From positions 1 to 58,733 of the forward strand of contig JAZDIS010000427.1 of NCBI GenBank assembly GCA_043804705.1: a stretch of DNA of 58,733 nt, given 5' to 3'. Positions 56,413 through 58,733 of the stretch are shown one piece after another. The notes beneath the pieces are model-generated. The model was not told where the DNA came from, did not search any database, and saw only the letters and a list, made by a program, of their open reading frames with translations. Numbering within the stretch: position 1 is the first letter of the stretch; each line of letters begins with the position of its first letter. The DNA comes from Pseudomonadota bacterium (GTDB lineage Bacteria; Desulfobacterota; Desulfobulbia; Desulfobulbales; Desulfurivibrionaceae). Position numbers and translations under genes: made by a program.

Positions 56413-58485
56413 TTATTGACGGGAGTCCAGCAGATTCCGCACCACGCCGGTAAAATGATCCAGGGCAAAAGGTTTTTGCAGCAGGGCTGAGCCTTGCGCC
56501 TCCAGCTCCTGTGTCGCAACATCAAAGGCGTAACCGGTCATATAGAGGATGGGCAAGCCGGGTCTCCGGTCCCGAATCGCCTTGCCCACCGCCCTGCCAC
56601 CCAGGCCCGGCATGATCAAATCGGTCACGAGCATATCGATCCCCTCGCCATTCTCCGCAAAAAGCTTCAGGGCTGCCTTCCCGTTGGCCGCCCCCAGAAC
56701 CCGGTAACCGAGTCCTTCCAGGGTTGCGGCCAAAACCTGCAGCACTTCGGCGTCATCCTCCACCAGGAGAATGCTTTCCGTTCCCCCTTGGAGATGGGGG
56801 AGGGCGGCCGCCACCTTTTCCCCCGAAACGGCACCTTCACTTTTCGGCAGGAAGATCTTGAAATTGCTGCCCCTGCCCTCCTCGGATTCCACAAAAATAT
56901 GGCCGTCATGCTGGGCGACAATGCCGTGCACCGTGGCCAGGCCAAGCCCGGTTCCCTTGCCCACTTCCTTGGTGGTGAAAAAGGGATCAAAGACCATGGC
57001 GATTTTTTTCGCATCGATGCCGCAGCCCTGGTCGCTTACCGTAAGCACAACAAAATCACCACAAATCTCCCGTAAGTCGACATCGTAGAGCGAATGCGCC
57101 GCTACGCTTGTGTTTTCCGCTTTGATCCTGAGCTCGCCGCCATTCTCCATGGCGTCCCTGGCATTGACCACCAGATTCATGAGCACCTGCTCCATCTGAC
57201 TGCGATCCACCAGCACGGTCCACAACTTTTCCGGAAGCGCGACAGAGAGGGTGATATCCTCCCGAATCAGCCGGCGCAGCATCTTGCTGAATTCCTGAAT
57301 CAACTGACGCAGATCAAGCGGCTGCACATCAATTTTCTGTTTCCTGGAAAAGGAAAGGATGCGGCGGATCAGATCCGCTGCCCGCCGGCTGCAGCTTTCG
57401 ATGGTCTCAAACTTGGTATGGAGTTCATTATTCCCGACGGTCTGCATCTTGCCAAGCTCGGAATAGGCAAGAATAGGAGTCAGGATGTTGTTCAGATCAT
57501 GGGCGATGCCACCGGCCAGGGTTCCCAGGGCCTCCAGTTTCTGGGTCTGCCGGTACCGCTCCTCCAGACGTTGCCGCTCGGCTTCATTCTCCTTCCGGGC
57601 CGTGATGTCCCGGTCGATGCCGCGATAGCCGCAAATCTGCCCCTGGGCATCGAACACCGGCGTACCGTTGGACTCCACGATGATCAACCGGCCCTCCTTG
57701 GTGAGACAGCGCCGCTCCACCGCCTGGCACCGGCTGGCCGAGTCCACGCAGGAAGAAAAAATCTGCCGGAACTGCTCCCGGCTCTCCGGCTCGGAGAGCA
57801 CCTCGAAAAAAATTCTGCCCAACAGTTCCTCTGGGGCATACCCGTAAAGATCCCGGCTCACCGGTGAACAGTAGGAGAACCGTCCTTCGCGGTCAACCTC
57901 CCAGACAAAATCGCTGGTTGTCTCCACCAAGGAGCGAAAACGATGCTCCGAGGCGATCAGATCCTTGCGTTGCCGTTCCGCCAGCCGGGCGAGATGCCAC
58001 TTGGCCGTGAGCGAGAGGGCAAGCTGCCTGATTTCATCCGGGTCGAAGGGTTTGCGCAGAAAGAGCAGCTTTTCCGATGAGCCCACGGCCCGGACAATCT
58101 CCTCAATGCTGTGATCGGAATAGGCAGTGACAATAACCAGCTCGATCTCCGGATCCAGAGCACGGATTCGCCTTGCCGTCTCCATTCCGTCCCAGCCGGG
58201 CGGCATCCGGACATCGACAAAAGCCAAGGCAAAGGGCTCTTTCTTGCCCACCGCCTCCTCCACCATGGCGAAACCTTCCTGACCCTGAACTGCGAAGGAA
58301 AGAGAAAAATGCGCGGCTGCAGGATCATCGTCCATCACGGGGGAGAGAAGGCGGTTTATTTTCTCGGCGGATGTTCCGGAAGATACCGCTTCCGGAGTCA
58401 ACACCAGACGATATGCCTTCCAAACATCCAGATCATCGTCAATTACCAGAATACGCCGGGGTTGCTGCATCATATCCCTTGTCAT
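56413..58485 (-). CDS. REC-PAS-HisKA-HATPase-REC hybrid kinase
   Basis: VIDDD/VDVRMPPGWDG/TAY/KPF; PAS with DIT; AHDLNN; [15 protein letters not shown]; C-terminal LVEDD/TDLIMP/KPF. Confidence 0.92.
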   Translation of the reverse strand: MTRDMMQQPRRILVIDDDLDVWKAYRLVLTPEAVSSGTSAEKINRLLSPVMDDDPAAAHFSLSFAVQGQEGFAMVEEAVGKKEPFALAFVDVRMPPGWDGMETARRIRALDPEIELVIVTAYSDHSIEEIVRAVGSSEKLLFLRKPFDPDEIRQLALSLTAKWHLARLAERQRKDLIASEHRFRSLVETTSDFVWEVDREGRFSYCSPVSRDLYGYAPEELLGRIFFEVLSEPESREQFRQIFSSCVDSASRCQAVERRCLTKEGRLIIVESNGTPVFDAQGQICGYRGIDRDITARKENEAERQRLEERYRQTQKLEALGTLAGGIAHDLNNILTPILAYSELGKMQTVGNNELHTKFETIESCSRRAADLIRRILSFSRKQKIDVQPLDLRQLIQEFSKMLRRLIREDITLSVALPEKLWTVLVDRSQMEQVLMNLVVNARDAMENGGELRIKAENTSVAAHSLYDVDLREICGDFVVLTVSDQGCGIDAKKIAMVFDPFFTTKEVGKGTGLGLATVHGIVAQHDGHIFVESEEGRGSNFKIFLPKSEGAVSGEKVAAALPHLQGGTESILLVEDDAEVLQVLAATLEGLGYRVLGAANGKAALKLFAENGEGIDMLVTDLIMPGLGGRAVGKAIRDRRPGLPILYMTGYAFDVATQELEAQGSALLQKPFALDHFTGVVRNLLDSRQ

Positions 58486-58532
58486 AGCCTTGTTTCGCTC
58501 CTTTTTCTGCCCCACACCCTGTCCCGCCGCCT

Positions 58533-58733
58533 TCACTCTTCTTCTACATTCGGCCGCCCCGATACCGCGGCAGGCAGCAGCACACTGAAACACGCCCCTT
58601 TGCCCGGCCCTTCACTCTCCGCCTCAATAAAACCGTTATTGGCAATCATGTAGTTGGCACAGGCATGCAACCCGAATCCGCTGCCCCGCGCCTTGGTGGA
58701 GTAGGCGAAGCTGAAAAACCGCTTCTTTTCCTC
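58533..58733 (-). CDS. Histidine kinase HATPase C-terminal end (partial, continues beyond window)
   Basis: FSFAYSTKARGSGFGLHACANY...AESEGPGKGACF..LLP. Confidence 0.85.
   Translation of the reverse strand, partial: EEKKRFFSFAYSTKARGSGFGLHACANYMIANNGFIEAESEGPGKGACFSVLLPAAVSGRPNVEEE

Overview
A GC-rich bacterial chromosomal segment. Gene content points to a Desulfobacterota anaerobe, probably Desulfobulbales-like (inference): a stand-alone F0 atpZ-I-B-E cluster, a short ThiC, a Geobacter-type NikR operator, a TauE/USP operon and many sigma54/two-component genes. I found no rRNA, tRNA, CRISPR array, transposase or prophage. Housekeeping genes include ubiD-family, rluB, ihfB, rimO, atpZIBE, hemL, rnr, trmJ-like, corA, thiC and mntP. 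There is also a nikMNQO/nikR nickel module and a dense two-component/c-di-GMP cluster at about 26-37.6 kb. Best candidates for an undescribed system: (1) a sigma54-driven operon (17.1-20.7 kb) in which three consecutive, otherwise unrelated proteins share an N-terminal 'MxAx(T/A)FAEAxxxxxAxxxL' segment, followed by a TauE/SafE transporter with an extra exported domain and a tandem USP; its divergent sensor kinase is frameshifted. (2) A single-chain receiver + NrtA/CmpA/NasS-type anion-binding domain + CheW protein, divergent from a rhodanese. Also notable: a long RelA/SpoT homologue with a degenerate synthetase site, a Cys/Trp-rich insert in a PAS kinase, a Y->D change next to the atpE ion-binding Glu, a structured corA leader, an orphan zinc-ribbon ParA with a partner gene, and three families of short palindromic MITE/REP-like repeats. 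All family assignments come from motif recognition by eye; no database searches were run.
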